A stretch of 43,886 bases of DNA, from positions 1 through 43,886 of the IMG/VR virus record IMGVR_UViG_3300036805_000160; one strand, given 5' to 3'. Under the pieces are notes generated by a model, which searched no databases, was not told where the DNA came from, and saw only the letters and a list, made by a program, of their open reading frames with translations. Both the position numbers and the translations under genes were made by a program. This stretch comes from a virus (lineage: Duplodnaviria > Caudoviricetes). Below are positions 7,706-16,344 of the stretch, one piece after another (the first letter of the stretch is position 1; every line of letters begins with the position of its first letter).

Positions 7706-8989
7706 CTATGTGGCCTGCGTGGCTTTGGCTTTTTCCTGAGCGGCGAGCTGGCGGTAACCGTCCGCGTCGGCAGGATTGGCCACGGAGTTAGCCATCTGCT
7801 CGAAGTACGCGGCTTTGGCGGCGTGCTCGTCGGTGGCGGCCTGGTGCGGCCGTGCCACGGACATGACGGGTCCGCCGGGTATCGGTGTCGCCTTCACCTT
7901 CGCCAGCTCCGCCTCGAACGTCTTAGCGCGTTCCTCTGAGGCTTGGAGGGCCTTTGTGAGGGTCTCCACGTCGGTGGCCAGCTTGGCAAGCTGGTCTCCC
8001 TGGGTCACAGTATCCACAGCCGGTGTCCCTTCCGCAACAACGCTCTTCGAGCTGCCGCCGTCCTTGCCGTCGCCGCTGTCGAGCGGGTTCGCCACGCCGA
8101 GTTCCTTCGCACGGCGGGCGATCAGCCTGCGCGCCGCCTGCCAGTTGCCGTGCTTCGACCGGGCGAGAACAGCGGCCCGCCGCAGCGCGTCCTTGTCCGG
8201 GATCGGGTACGACCCGTCCGGGAGGGCGTTGCCCGCCTCGGCGTGCTTCTTCCGGTCGGCCGCCGAGAACTCACGGTTGTCCTTCGCCACGTCGTCCGGC
8301 TCGTACACCCACGGCTCCGCGGCGGACATGGCGACCGCGGCCATGAGCGGCATCATGTCGTCGCCGTCCTGGCCGTCCTCGTCCTGCTCCCCCGCCAGCC
8401 AGCACTTCAGCGCCGACACCGCCTGGCACAGCAGGCCGATGTCGAACACCTCATCGAAACACCCCGCCGCCAGCTCGTCCGCCTCGTAGCCGATCAGCTT
8501 CGCTATCAGGGCGATGGCCTGCTTCCCCCCGTCGATGTCAGGCTGCTCATCCACCGACCCGTCAGCGGCGACCGCCTTGAACAGGACATCCCGCGGGATG
8601 GCGGGCGCCGCGGCGGCGAGCTTCACCAGTTGCGCGGCGGCGGGATGCCACGCGGCGGACTTGGCGCCGCCGCTGTGGGCGTGGCTGTGGTCGCCGTCCC
8701 CATCGTGGCTGTGGGAATGGTCGTGGGTGTCATCCTCACCCTGGGCGCCGTTCGCGTCGTGCGGGTGGGAATGGGTGCCGCTGAACGCCCCATGCGTCGG
8801 CCCATCCTCACCGTCGCCGTCCGCCTTGGCAAGCGACTTGAGCATCAGGATCGGGAAGCCACTGGCCGCGGCCTTCACCCCGTCGACGCGGCTCGGCTCG
8901 ATCGACTCAAGTTCAGTGATCTCCTCGCCGGGCTCGCCGCTGTCAGGACCGCTGGCCTTGGCCTTCGGCCTCGTCTTCGTCGTGGCCAT
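7706..8989 (-). CDS. Scaffolding-type protein (His-rich tract, DUF6582-like domain, C-terminal coiled coil)
   Basis: Start reassigned to ATG 8989 with a GAGGAG RBS. Lies between protease and capsid. Contains 'ALPDGSYPIPDKDALRRA...RRLIARRAKELGV' and the coiled coil 'LATDVETLTKALQASEERAKTFEAELAKVKATP'. Confidence 0.7.
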   Translation of the reverse strand: MATTKTRPKAKASGPDSGEPGEEITELESIEPSRVDGVKAAASGFPILMLKSLAKADGDGEDGPTHGAFSGTHSHPHDANGAQGEDDTHDHSHSHDGDGDHSHAHSGGAKSAAWHPAAAQLVKLAAAAPAIPRDVLFKAVAADGSVDEQPDIDGGKQAIALIAKLIGYEADELAAGCFDEVFDIGLLCQAVSALKCWLAGEQDEDGQDGDDMMPLMAAVAMSAAEPWVYEPDDVAKDNREFSAADRKKHAEAGNALPDGSYPIPDKDALRRAAVLARSKHGNWQAARRLIARRAKELGVANPLDSGDGKDGGSSKSVVAEGTPAVDTVTQGDQLAKLATDVETLTKALQASEERAKTFEAELAKVKATPIPGGPVMSVARPHQAATDEHAAKAAYFEQMANSVANPADADGYRQLAAQEKAKATQAT

Positions 8990-8991
8990 AG

Positions 8992-9495
8992 CTAGCTCCT
9001 CAGTCCAGCGAGAGCCTCCGCGGTCGGCATCCGCCGCCGCGCCTTCCCCTGCATCGACACGCCGCCGATGTCGCCGTTCTTGACCAGCGGCCACGTGTCC
9101 TCCGACCACAGGACGCCGAGCATCCAGTAGCCGTCCTTGATGACCTGCTCGCTGCCGTCGGACGCCTTCACCGTCCAGTCCGGGCCCCGGTAGATGTAGG
9201 ACTCGCACACGGTCCCGGCGCCGTCGGTGCCATCCTCGTGCCACAGCCCGATCGCCGGGGACTGCATGAACGACCACGCCGCGTCCTCAACGGCCTGCTT
9301 CGACGCGAAGTCGCGGTAACCGTCCTGTGCAACGGTGACGTCCGGCCGGTCCACCGGATACGCCACGGTCAGGGTGAATCTCCGCTCAGCGTCGGCCTTC
9401 ACCACGACCCCGGCGACACCCTGCCCGTCCCAAGTGCTCTTCGCCGCGCCGTCTTCGATGGTCACTTTGCCGTCTTCAACGGTCACCCGCATCAC
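8992..9495 (-). CDS. XkdF-like prohead serine protease
   Basis: 'ERRFTLTVAYP...D...DF...VEDAAWSFM...IGLWH...VCESYI...WMLGV...WPLVKNGDIGGVSMQG' follows the XkdF pattern. Confidence 0.85.
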   Translation of the reverse strand: MMRVTVEDGKVTIEDGAAKSTWDGQGVAGVVVKADAERRFTLTVAYPVDRPDVTVAQDGYRDFASKQAVEDAAWSFMQSPAIGLWHEDGTDGAGTVCESYIYRGPDWTVKASDGSEQVIKDGYWMLGVLWSEDTWPLVKNGDIGGVSMQGKARRRMPTAEALAGLRS

Positions 9496-9718
9496 CGGCC
9501 TCCTTCATCGCTTCCTCGTGCCGCCGCAGCGCCTCCAAGTGGGCGGCGATGGCGTGCTCGTGATGATGCTTGTGCCACCAGGCGGCGGCTTTGCGGCCGA
9601 TGCGGTCGCGGAACAGCCACACGCCCCCGGCTCCGACGGCGAGCCACTCGGCGGAGGCGAGGAGGTTGGACCAGGTGCCGCCGCCGGGCCAGCCGAAGAA
9701 CAGCTTGAGGACGTTCAC
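9476..9718 (-). CDS. Small membrane protein
   Basis: 80 aa with a hydrophobic N-terminal half. Coupled to the neighbouring genes. Confidence 0.6.
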   Translation of the reverse strand: MNVLKLFFGWPGGGTWSNLLASAEWLAVGAGGVWLFRDRIGRKAAAWWHKHHHEHAIAAHLEALRRHEEAMKEAGDAGDR

Positions 9719-10326
9719 GATGCGTCGTCCCTGCGTGCTGTGGCGTAACTTGATGGGTCCGACCTGCCGTCAGCGATCTTTGCGGGCCGGGACGGGAGTA
9801 GCGCTGGCTGGAGCGTTTCGACGGCGCGGTCGAGCCCGAGCGCATCGAGTACATGCAGCCAGTTTTCCAGGCCCAGCCTGTTGCCGTACTTCTCGGCCCT
9901 GCTGATCTGCTCGGGTGCCACTCCGGAAGCGCTGGCGAGCTGTGCGAGGGTCATCCTCCTAGCGCGCCGCGCCCCGTAGAGACCCCGCACTTCCCAGGCG
10001 CGCCAGATGTCGGCTTCGATCTCTCGCTCCTGCTTGCGCGCGCGGATGGCTGCCATTGCTCGCCGCTGACGTTCCAGGCGGAGGGCGCGATACTCAAGCC
10101 TCGCGGCCTGTATGTCTGATGCGGGCCGGTCGTCGGTCACCGGGGCATTGAGCAGCGCGCCGTGCCACTTGCCCTTGCATCGGCAGGTGCACTCCTCGTC
10201 GCAGGCCGTCAGGCATTGACCTGTGCACCGTCCGGTGATTATCAGGTCAATGGCGGTGAGACGCTGCTCGTCTGTGTCGTCTGCATAGTCGCAGGGTTCC
10301 GTCATAGTCGCGGGGATCTCGGTCAC
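9715..10326 (-). CDS. Cys-rich domain fused to an XRE/Cro-type HTH protein
   Basis: N-terminal 'CTGQCLTACDEECTCRCKGKWHG'; C-terminal 'RRARRMTLAQLASASGVAPEQISRAE'. Confidence 0.7.
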   Translation of the reverse strand: MTEIPATMTEPCDYADDTDEQRLTAIDLIITGRCTGQCLTACDEECTCRCKGKWHGALLNAPVTDDRPASDIQAARLEYRALRLERQRRAMAAIRARKQEREIEADIWRAWEVRGLYGARRARRMTLAQLASASGVAPEQISRAEKYGNRLGLENWLHVLDALGLDRAVETLQPALLPSRPAKIADGRSDPSSYATARRDDAS

Positions 10327-11099
10327 GCTGGCACCGCCTCACGAGCACGTGCTGCAGCCAGTTCCGAACGGGCCGCCAGGACACTCACCCTCGCGCAGCG
10401 GCAGCGGGGATGCAGCGGCAGGACGTACGTCCCAATGGGCTTCGGGCCAGCCGCCGCCGCCGCGTCGCAGATGGGGCACACCCTGGCGTCGTCCGCAGTC
10501 GAAATCTCCTCTTCAAGGACGCCCATCTGCCGGTAGGTGTCGAGCGCTGCCGCGCTCTGCGCCCGCGCTATCTCGGTCACGGCGACCAGCTCGGCCCGCG
10601 ACGGGTTGTCGAGCACGTCGTGCAGGGCGTCCGCCAGGTCGCCAACGGAATGCTGCGGCGGCAAAGGCTCCGGCAACGGCGGCCGGTGCGCCACATCCGA
10701 CCCGATGTAGACGGCGAGCACGTCCGCAAGCTCGCCCACCCGGTCGGCGGCGATCGACTTGATCCGCACGTCCGCCTCGTCGAGGAGGCGCTGCAACCCG
10801 TCACCGGCGACCTGGGCGGCCGCCTCCCAGTCACCGGGCTTCCACCCCGCCCAGTCCACCTCGCTGCCGGTTGAGAGCGCATGTGCGGACTGCTGGCCGA
10901 GTACCCACGCTTCCGGCCACAGCCGCTGCAGAACACGCTGCAGCGCGGCGGAGAGCGCGTCGAGCGCGCGTTGCAGGAACGACCGCTCCCCCGGGCCGCC
11001 CGCTTTCAGCGCCCCCGGGTGCAGCGCCGCCCACGCCTCCGCCAGCGCCCCCGTGTCAATCGCCCCGGTCAGCTCACCGCGGATCTGCGTCGCGTACAT
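10323..11099 (-). CDS. MuF / SPP1 gp7-like minor head protein (probably also the C-terminus of a portal-MuF fusion)
   Basis: 'RAELVAVTEIARA', 'DARVCPIC' and 'PLHPRCRC' are MuF signatures. Confidence 0.85.
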   Translation of the reverse strand: MYATQIRGELTGAIDTGALAEAWAALHPGALKAGGPGERSFLQRALDALSAALQRVLQRLWPEAWVLGQQSAHALSTGSEVDWAGWKPGDWEAAAQVAGDGLQRLLDEADVRIKSIAADRVGELADVLAVYIGSDVAHRPPLPEPLPPQHSVGDLADALHDVLDNPSRAELVAVTEIARAQSAAALDTYRQMGVLEEEISTADDARVCPICDAAAAAGPKPIGTYVLPLHPRCRCARVSVLAARSELAAARAREAVPA

Positions 11100-11104
11100 G
11101 GCGG

Positions 11105-13015
11105 TCAGGTCCTGGTCCCGGTCCCAGCCAGGCCACGCGCCCCCGGCGCCCGCGCTTTTGGGGCGTCACCGGCCTTGAACGTCACCCGCGGATGCCCGGC
11201 CAGGTCCGGCGCGACCACCTTGAGGATGGCTGGGGTGAGGGCCTGGCATTCGAACGGCCGCCGGGTGCCCTTCCGCAGATACGACCGCAGCGCGCCCAGC
11301 TCAGCTTTCACCGTCGGCGGCTGCTGCTGCGGCGGCTTGCGGGCAGGCGGCTCCTCGCCGTCTTCCTCGTCCTGGTTCCCGGCGGGTAGCTGCGCACCGG
11401 CGGGCGGCGCCTGCGGCGGTTCGATCAGCATCCCCGGCGGCGCCGTCTGACTGGCGCCCTCGAGGAACACGACACCCCGCGACAGCTCCAGCATCGGCAT
11501 GTCCGCCTCAGCGAACTGGTACGGCGGCTCCCCCCGCCGCGCCCGGTCCTCATTCAACGTCGCCCGCCCGCCCCGCACCTGGGCGTCGGCGACCGCGTCC
11601 GCCGCCGCCTCATCCTCCGACTCCAGGCCCAGGATGGTGACCTGCAGCTCATCCGGCATCCCCAGCTGCGACACCGCCAGCTCGGTGGCGATCGAGGCAA
11701 GCCACTGCGCGTCCGGGCGGCGGGTCACTCTCTGCAACACATCTTCTTCACCCTCATGGAAGGACGCGCCCAGCGAGCCGACCTCGGGGAACCCCAGCTC
11801 CGTCGCCGTCAGGCCGAAATCACCGGCGACCAGCTTGATGATGAACATGTCGTAATCCGGCTTGTACCGCTCCGCGTCCGTCGCCGACTGCACCGGCTCA
11901 ACCCCCGGCGGCAGCATCTGCCACCGCATCCGCTCCGCCGTGTTCCCCGACAGCCGGTCGTTCAGCCAGCGGGCGTAGTCCTCGACCTGCTGCGGCGTCC
12001 AGTCCACCTCACCGTTGTTCTTCAAGAACGACTCCGGCTGCACACCCTCGGTGTACTCCGCAGTGATCCACCCCAGCCGCCTCGTCCACAGCAGCCCGTC
12101 GACCAGGGCCAGCTCCGTGTCCGAGAAGCCGTAAGGAGTCTCGGAGCGGATCTCCCTGCGCTTATACAGCAGCTGATCCGCGGCCAGGCCTCCGGGGACG
12201 CTGCCGGGCTGGTCGGGGTCCGCCATCGTGGCGGTGAACTCGCCGCGGGGGAAGCCGTACAGGATCTGCTGGTAGGCGGGGAATGGCGGCAGGGGGCGGC
12301 CGCCGTACTCGTCGAGCAGCGGTTTGATCGTCTTCCCGTCGATCACCTCGAGGGCGAACAGGTCACCGCCGAACGTCTGCCTCGGGTACACCGCGACCGC
12401 GTCGTACTTCAGGTAGTTCTCCATGATCAGCGACGTCCACGCGGGCCAGTCGTAGCCGTTCTTGCGGTCCGGCACGGACAGCCAGTCCGAGACGCGGGCG
12501 ATCTCCGCGGTGTACTTCTTCCGGATCGCCGACTCGACGTCTTTCTCCGGCTGGTCGGTGAGCGCGGCTTCCCGTGCGACGGCTTTGGGGTCGACGGTGA
12601 CCGTGTAGCCGAGCTGGCAGATCCCTTTCCGCCTCTTGATGCATTTTCTAAACAAGGGCATGTCCGCCGCCTCCTGCAGGGTGCGCCAGGGCACGTGGCG
12701 GCGGGTGTTGTCGATCTGGATGTTCCACGCCACCGGGTATTCGAACAGGCGTGGTTCGGCGCGCTGCGTGTCCGGCCGCGGAATGTTGATGGGCGCGGGG
12801 ACGAGGGGGCGGGACGGGCCGAACGGGGCTTCGGCCCACTGGTCCGGCCGCGGCATCGGCTTCGCCCGCGTGTTCCCCTGCTGCAACTGGAGGAGGGCGG
12901 ACATCTGGTCAGCGGTGAACGTCACCCCACCCGGCGGCGGGCGGCCCTGTTTGACCGCTTGCTGGTTGACCTGGAACGCGGCGCGGCGCCGGTTACGCGC
13001 GCTCCGGCGGCTCAC
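11105..13015 (-). CDS. Portal protein
   Basis: 'ALEVIDGKTIKPLLDEYG', 'AYQQILYG', 'YGFSDTE' and 'TLNEDRARRGEPP'. Start reassigned to GTG 13015, which overlaps the upstream stop as GTGA. Confidence 0.9.
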   Translation of the reverse strand: MSRRSARNRRRAAFQVNQQAVKQGRPPPGGVTFTADQMSALLQLQQGNTRAKPMPRPDQWAEAPFGPSRPLVPAPINIPRPDTQRAEPRLFEYPVAWNIQIDNTRRHVPWRTLQEAADMPLFRKCIKRRKGICQLGYTVTVDPKAVAREAALTDQPEKDVESAIRKKYTAEIARVSDWLSVPDRKNGYDWPAWTSLIMENYLKYDAVAVYPRQTFGGDLFALEVIDGKTIKPLLDEYGGRPLPPFPAYQQILYGFPRGEFTATMADPDQPGSVPGGLAADQLLYKRREIRSETPYGFSDTELALVDGLLWTRRLGWITAEYTEGVQPESFLKNNGEVDWTPQQVEDYARWLNDRLSGNTAERMRWQMLPPGVEPVQSATDAERYKPDYDMFIIKLVAGDFGLTATELGFPEVGSLGASFHEGEEDVLQRVTRRPDAQWLASIATELAVSQLGMPDELQVTILGLESEDEAAADAVADAQVRGGRATLNEDRARRGEPPYQFAEADMPMLELSRGVVFLEGASQTAPPGMLIEPPQAPPAGAQLPAGNQDEEDGEEPPARKPPQQQPPTVKAELGALRSYLRKGTRRPFECQALTPAILKVVAPDLAGHPRVTFKAGDAPKARAPGARGLAGTGTRT

Positions 13016-13284
13016 GACAGCAGCTTCCAGGCGATCCGGCAGTGCAGCTCGTAGCTGCTCGCACCGGTTCCCGCCATCCAGCCCCGGCAGTTGCCCTGGC
13101 ATGCGTCCTGGCAGATGTGCAGTTCATAGTGCTTCAGGCTCGGACCCCAGCCGACGACCTTGGTCAGGCGGTGCTGGCACGTGTGCGGGCAGTCCCCGAC
13201 CGGCCTGCGGCTGCGCTCAGCTTCCGGGTAGTCAGGGAACCAGTCGATCACCGTGTCCCGGTTGTCTACGGCGATGCTGCCCAT
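13012..13284 (-). CDS. Small Cys/His-rich hypothetical protein
   Basis: 90 aa with 'CPHTCQH' and 'HICQDACQGNCRGW'. Coupled to the portal start. Confidence 0.6.
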   Translation of the reverse strand: MGSIAVDNRDTVIDWFPDYPEAERSRRPVGDCPHTCQHRLTKVVGWGPSLKHYELHICQDACQGNCRGWMAGTGASSYELHCRIAWKLLS

Positions 13285-13290
13285 GTGGTC

Positions 13291-13692
13291 TTACCGCCTG
13301 GCGACGATCGGCTGGCCGGACGGGGCCACCAGCCCAGTCGCACGCTGCCCCGGCCCCGGCTGATAATGGCCGTAGCACACCGGCACCGTCACCATCGCCC
13401 CCCTTGCCTGCGTAGGCGCCCACGTGATGGCCTGCGCGATCTCCGGCAGCCGCCCCTGATCCACATTCCCGCCGCCATCCTCAGCGAGCGCCGCCGCCGC
13501 CTGCTTGTGGGCGTTCACGCAGTGCAGGCACGCCGGATGCCACGGCTGCTGCCCGAGGACCTGCCCGAACGCCTCCACGAGGAGGCCGATCAGGTTCTGC
13601 TGCGCCGCCTCCGCCGGCGGCTCACGGCCAGCACCGTCGCGGGTGAGCGCCGGGGGTACGCGGCCGTTGGGGAGATGCCGTGTGTTCGACAA
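13291..13692 (-). CDS. Hypothetical protein (CxxC...CxxH)
   Basis: 133 aa with 'CLHC' and 'CYGH'. GGGAG RBS before the TTG start. Confidence 0.6.
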   Translation of the reverse strand: MSNTRHLPNGRVPPALTRDGAGREPPAEAAQQNLIGLLVEAFGQVLGQQPWHPACLHCVNAHKQAAAALAEDGGGNVDQGRLPEIAQAITWAPTQARGAMVTVPVCYGHYQPGPGQRATGLVAPSGQPIVARR

Positions 13693-13772
13693 CCAGGCTC
13701 CCGGGGTGGGGATGAGTTACCGGCTAGGATGCCACACCCGCGCGCACAAGTGCGTACAGGCACGTCAGCGAG

Positions 13773-13958
13773 CTACATTCCCGCTACCGGCCCTGCGCGC
13801 AGCAGCAGCGCCTTGCGCCGGTAGACGAGGTTGGTGGCGCGGTCGCCTGGGATCAGGATCTCGGCGCCGGTGCCGGGAAGCTCCGTCCACACCGCTGGCG
13901 GGACCGTGATGGCCTCTTCCGTGGCGTTCTCGGTGGCGTCGCCTGGGGTGTCTCTCAT
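13773..13958 (-). CDS. Small hypothetical protein
   Basis: 61 aa ORF following the terminase gene. Confidence 0.5.
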   Translation of the reverse strand: MRDTPGDATENATEEAITVPPAVWTELPGTGAEILIPGDRATNLVYRRKALLLRAGPVAGM

Positions 13959-13968
13959 GCATGACAGG

Positions 13969-15489
13969 CTAGCGGCGGTGGCCGTTGCCGTTCACCCCGG
14001 CGAGCTGGTCGAAGTAATCCTGCGTCGCGCTGCGGGGCACATGGAACGCCAGCAGCAAAGCGTCCGCATCGTCCGGCGACCCGCCGCCCGTCCTCGCCCG
14101 GATATCATCCTTGGGCTCGACCTGGACCCGGCCCTTTACGTCCGGGTCCCAGCGGGGCATGAGCAGCTGCCCGTTCGTCACGTCCGCCGCCTCCATCACA
14201 GACAGGTCCCACTCGCGCCGCTGCGACCCGAGGCGGCCGATCTCGAACCAGAGTTGAGCCCGCAGGTTCGCGTACTTCGCCGGATCGCTGGCTTTCTCCG
14301 CGACGTTCACCACGTGGATGCGGGCGTGGTGGTCGCCGCGGCGGCCCATGTTCCGCAGCTCCCCCGCCAGGCCCCAGCCGACACCGATCGCATCCACCTT
14401 CACCGACGTGGCGCCCGTCTCGTGGATGGCGTGCAGGACGAGGAGGGCGGCCTGCTCCGGTTCCGGGGTCCGCTGCGCCCACCGCCGCCCCGCCCGCAGC
14501 CCGCACCGTTCGCGGATCACGGTCAGGTCGCCGCCGCCGCCGACGTCGACGCCCAGCTCGACGGGGACGAGCTCGGTCGGCGACCGGGGCTCCGGTATCC
14601 AGCACGCGGCGAGCGCCGAGGCGGGGACGACCTGGTTCGGGTGGTCGGAGGGGAAGTCGGCGAGGACCTTGCTGATGTACAGGGGGTTGTCTTCGCCCCA
14701 CTCCTCGCGGCGTTCCGCCTCCCACAGCTGGGTGACGAGCGCGGCCGCGACCTCGGCCGGGACGTTCTCGCCGGTGAAGTTGGGGCTGTCGAACACGCTG
14801 ATCTTGTGCTGCGCCCAGCCGGGGTGGCCGGGTGTGCAGACCTTGGCGAAGTGGCTGCCGGGGTTGTCCGGGTTCCCGATCGCCAGGATGCGGGAGTTGT
14901 CCGACGTGGTGATCGTCTCCGCGGCGTTCCACAGCCACTCCGGGATGCCACCGGCCTCGTCGAGTATCACGAGGACACCGCCGGCGCGGTGGAAGCCCTG
15001 GAACGTCGACGGGTCGAAGTCGGAGCCTTTCGCCGCGTCCGGCGGTTTCCGCCCGAACGCCACCAGCCGGTCGCCGACGCGCCACTCGTCCGACAGCATC
15101 GCCCGGCCGGAGAGTTTGAGCTGCTTGTGGAGGGCGCGGATCTCCTCCCACAAGATGCCGTGGACCTGGTGGACGGACGGGGCGGTGGTGACGACGATCC
15201 CGCCGGGATGGGTGTCGGTCCACCAGCAGGTAAGGACCGCCGCCTCGTAGGACTTGCCGACGGAGTGCCCGGCGCGGACCACGGTGCGCTTGCTGGCCTC
15301 CACCGACGCCGCTATCGCCTGCTGCGCGGACCAGAAGTGGATCCCCCGGTACGCGGCCCACCCCGCCGGATCCTTGGGCGCACGCGCCGCCTCAGCGCGT
15401 TTCAGCGTGTCGAGGAGCTTCTGCTTCTCCGGCAGGTTCCACCGCTCCCAGCCGCTCGGCAAGCTGACGGATCTCGCGGTCGGTCTCAT
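13969..15489 (-). CDS. terL: Terminase large subunit
   Basis: Walker A 'AGHSVGKS', Walker B 'VILDEAGG', 'IGNP', and nuclease motifs 'LGVDVGGGGD' and 'SPDDADA'. Confidence 0.95.
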   Translation of the reverse strand: MRPTARSVSLPSGWERWNLPEKQKLLDTLKRAEAARAPKDPAGWAAYRGIHFWSAQQAIAASVEASKRTVVRAGHSVGKSYEAAVLTCWWTDTHPGGIVVTTAPSVHQVHGILWEEIRALHKQLKLSGRAMLSDEWRVGDRLVAFGRKPPDAAKGSDFDPSTFQGFHRAGGVLVILDEAGGIPEWLWNAAETITTSDNSRILAIGNPDNPGSHFAKVCTPGHPGWAQHKISVFDSPNFTGENVPAEVAAALVTQLWEAERREEWGEDNPLYISKVLADFPSDHPNQVVPASALAACWIPEPRSPTELVPVELGVDVGGGGDLTVIRERCGLRAGRRWAQRTPEPEQAALLVLHAIHETGATSVKVDAIGVGWGLAGELRNMGRRGDHHARIHVVNVAEKASDPAKYANLRAQLWFEIGRLGSQRREWDLSVMEAADVTNGQLLMPRWDPDVKGRVQVEPKDDIRARTGGGSPDDADALLLAFHVPRSATQDYFDQLAGVNGNGHRR

Positions 15490-15937
15490 CGCTGACGTCC
15501 ACCTTCAACGGCGCATCCAGGCCAAGCAGCTTCGCCCGCCGCTCCTGGACTTTCAGCAGCCGGTCGATCGCGGTGAGCACGGGAGCGTCGTCGGGAACGG
15601 GTACCTCGCCGCCGTCCTGGCCGGGCATGACGACGACCCGGCCTTGCGACACCGTGACGTGTGGCCGTTCGAGTACGCCGGTCGCGGCCCGGTACATCTT
15701 GTCGAGTCGCTCAAGCTCGAGGGCGCGGAGCTGGTCTGATGGTTCGCGGACGGTGGCGGCGAGTGCGCGTTTGACGGCGTCGTTTGCGTGGCCTTTGGAT
15801 GCGAAGCCGAGGGCGGCGGCGATGGCGGGGTAGGTCCATCCGTCGGCGCGGAGTTGAGCGGCCCGGGCGTCGCGTTCGGCGGTGGCTGGGCTGCGCTCGT
15901 AGCGGCCGTTGGGTCCGCGGTGAGTTCGTCCGGCCAT
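15392..15937 (-). CDS. terS: Terminase small subunit
   Basis: N-terminal HTH 'LRADGWTYPAIAAALGF' and C-terminal 'AIDRLLKVQERRAKLLGLDAP'. Directly upstream of terL. Confidence 0.85.
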   Translation of the reverse strand: MAGRTHRGPNGRYERSPATAERDARAAQLRADGWTYPAIAAALGFASKGHANDAVKRALAATVREPSDQLRALELERLDKMYRAATGVLERPHVTVSQGRVVVMPGQDGGEVPVPDDAPVLTAIDRLLKVQERRAKLLGLDAPLKVDVSDETDREIRQLAERLGAVEPAGEAEAPRHAETR

Positions 15938-15945
15938 GGGGTTCG

Positions 15946-16344
15946 CTAGGTTGCGGCGCCGGCGATGGTGGGCCCGGCTGGCGCGGCGGGTGCCGGGGTG
16001 CCGTCTGGCGCTGCGGGTGTGTCCGCTGGGGGCGCCGCTGCCGGGTCGGCTGGCACGACGTTCACGGTCGCCGACGGCGGGAGTGCCGCGTCGGAGGCGC
16101 CTGCGGCCGCGGCGGCGGGCTGCGGGAATTCGGACGCGGCTTTGGTGATCAGGTCGGCGATGGCCTGCCTGGTCAGCGGCGGCAGGAGCGCAGCTTGGGC
16201 GGCTTGGACTAGCGGGTCGGCGTCAACAGCTGCGGCGGCGCCGAGGAGGGCGGGGAGGTGGGTTTCGATGACTCGTTTGACGTCGTCGGTTGCGTCGGTG
16301 AGGGCGCCGCGGATGTCTTGCTCGATGGTGGCGAGGTCGGGCAT
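15946..16344 (-). CDS. Hypothetical protein with Ala/Pro-rich tail
   Basis: ATG 16344 with a GGAGG RBS. Begins MPDLATIEQDIRG. Confidence 0.65.
   Translation of the reverse strand: MPDLATIEQDIRGALTDATDDVKRVIETHLPALLGAAAAVDADPLVQAAQAALLPPLTRQAIADLITKAASEFPQPAAAAAGASDAALPPSATVNVVPADPAAAPPADTPAAPDGTPAPAAPAGPTIAGAAT

Noticed and set aside
10323-11099. MuF polymorphic toxin
   Set aside because: The protein ends about 20 aa after HPRCRC, leaving no C-terminal toxin domain.
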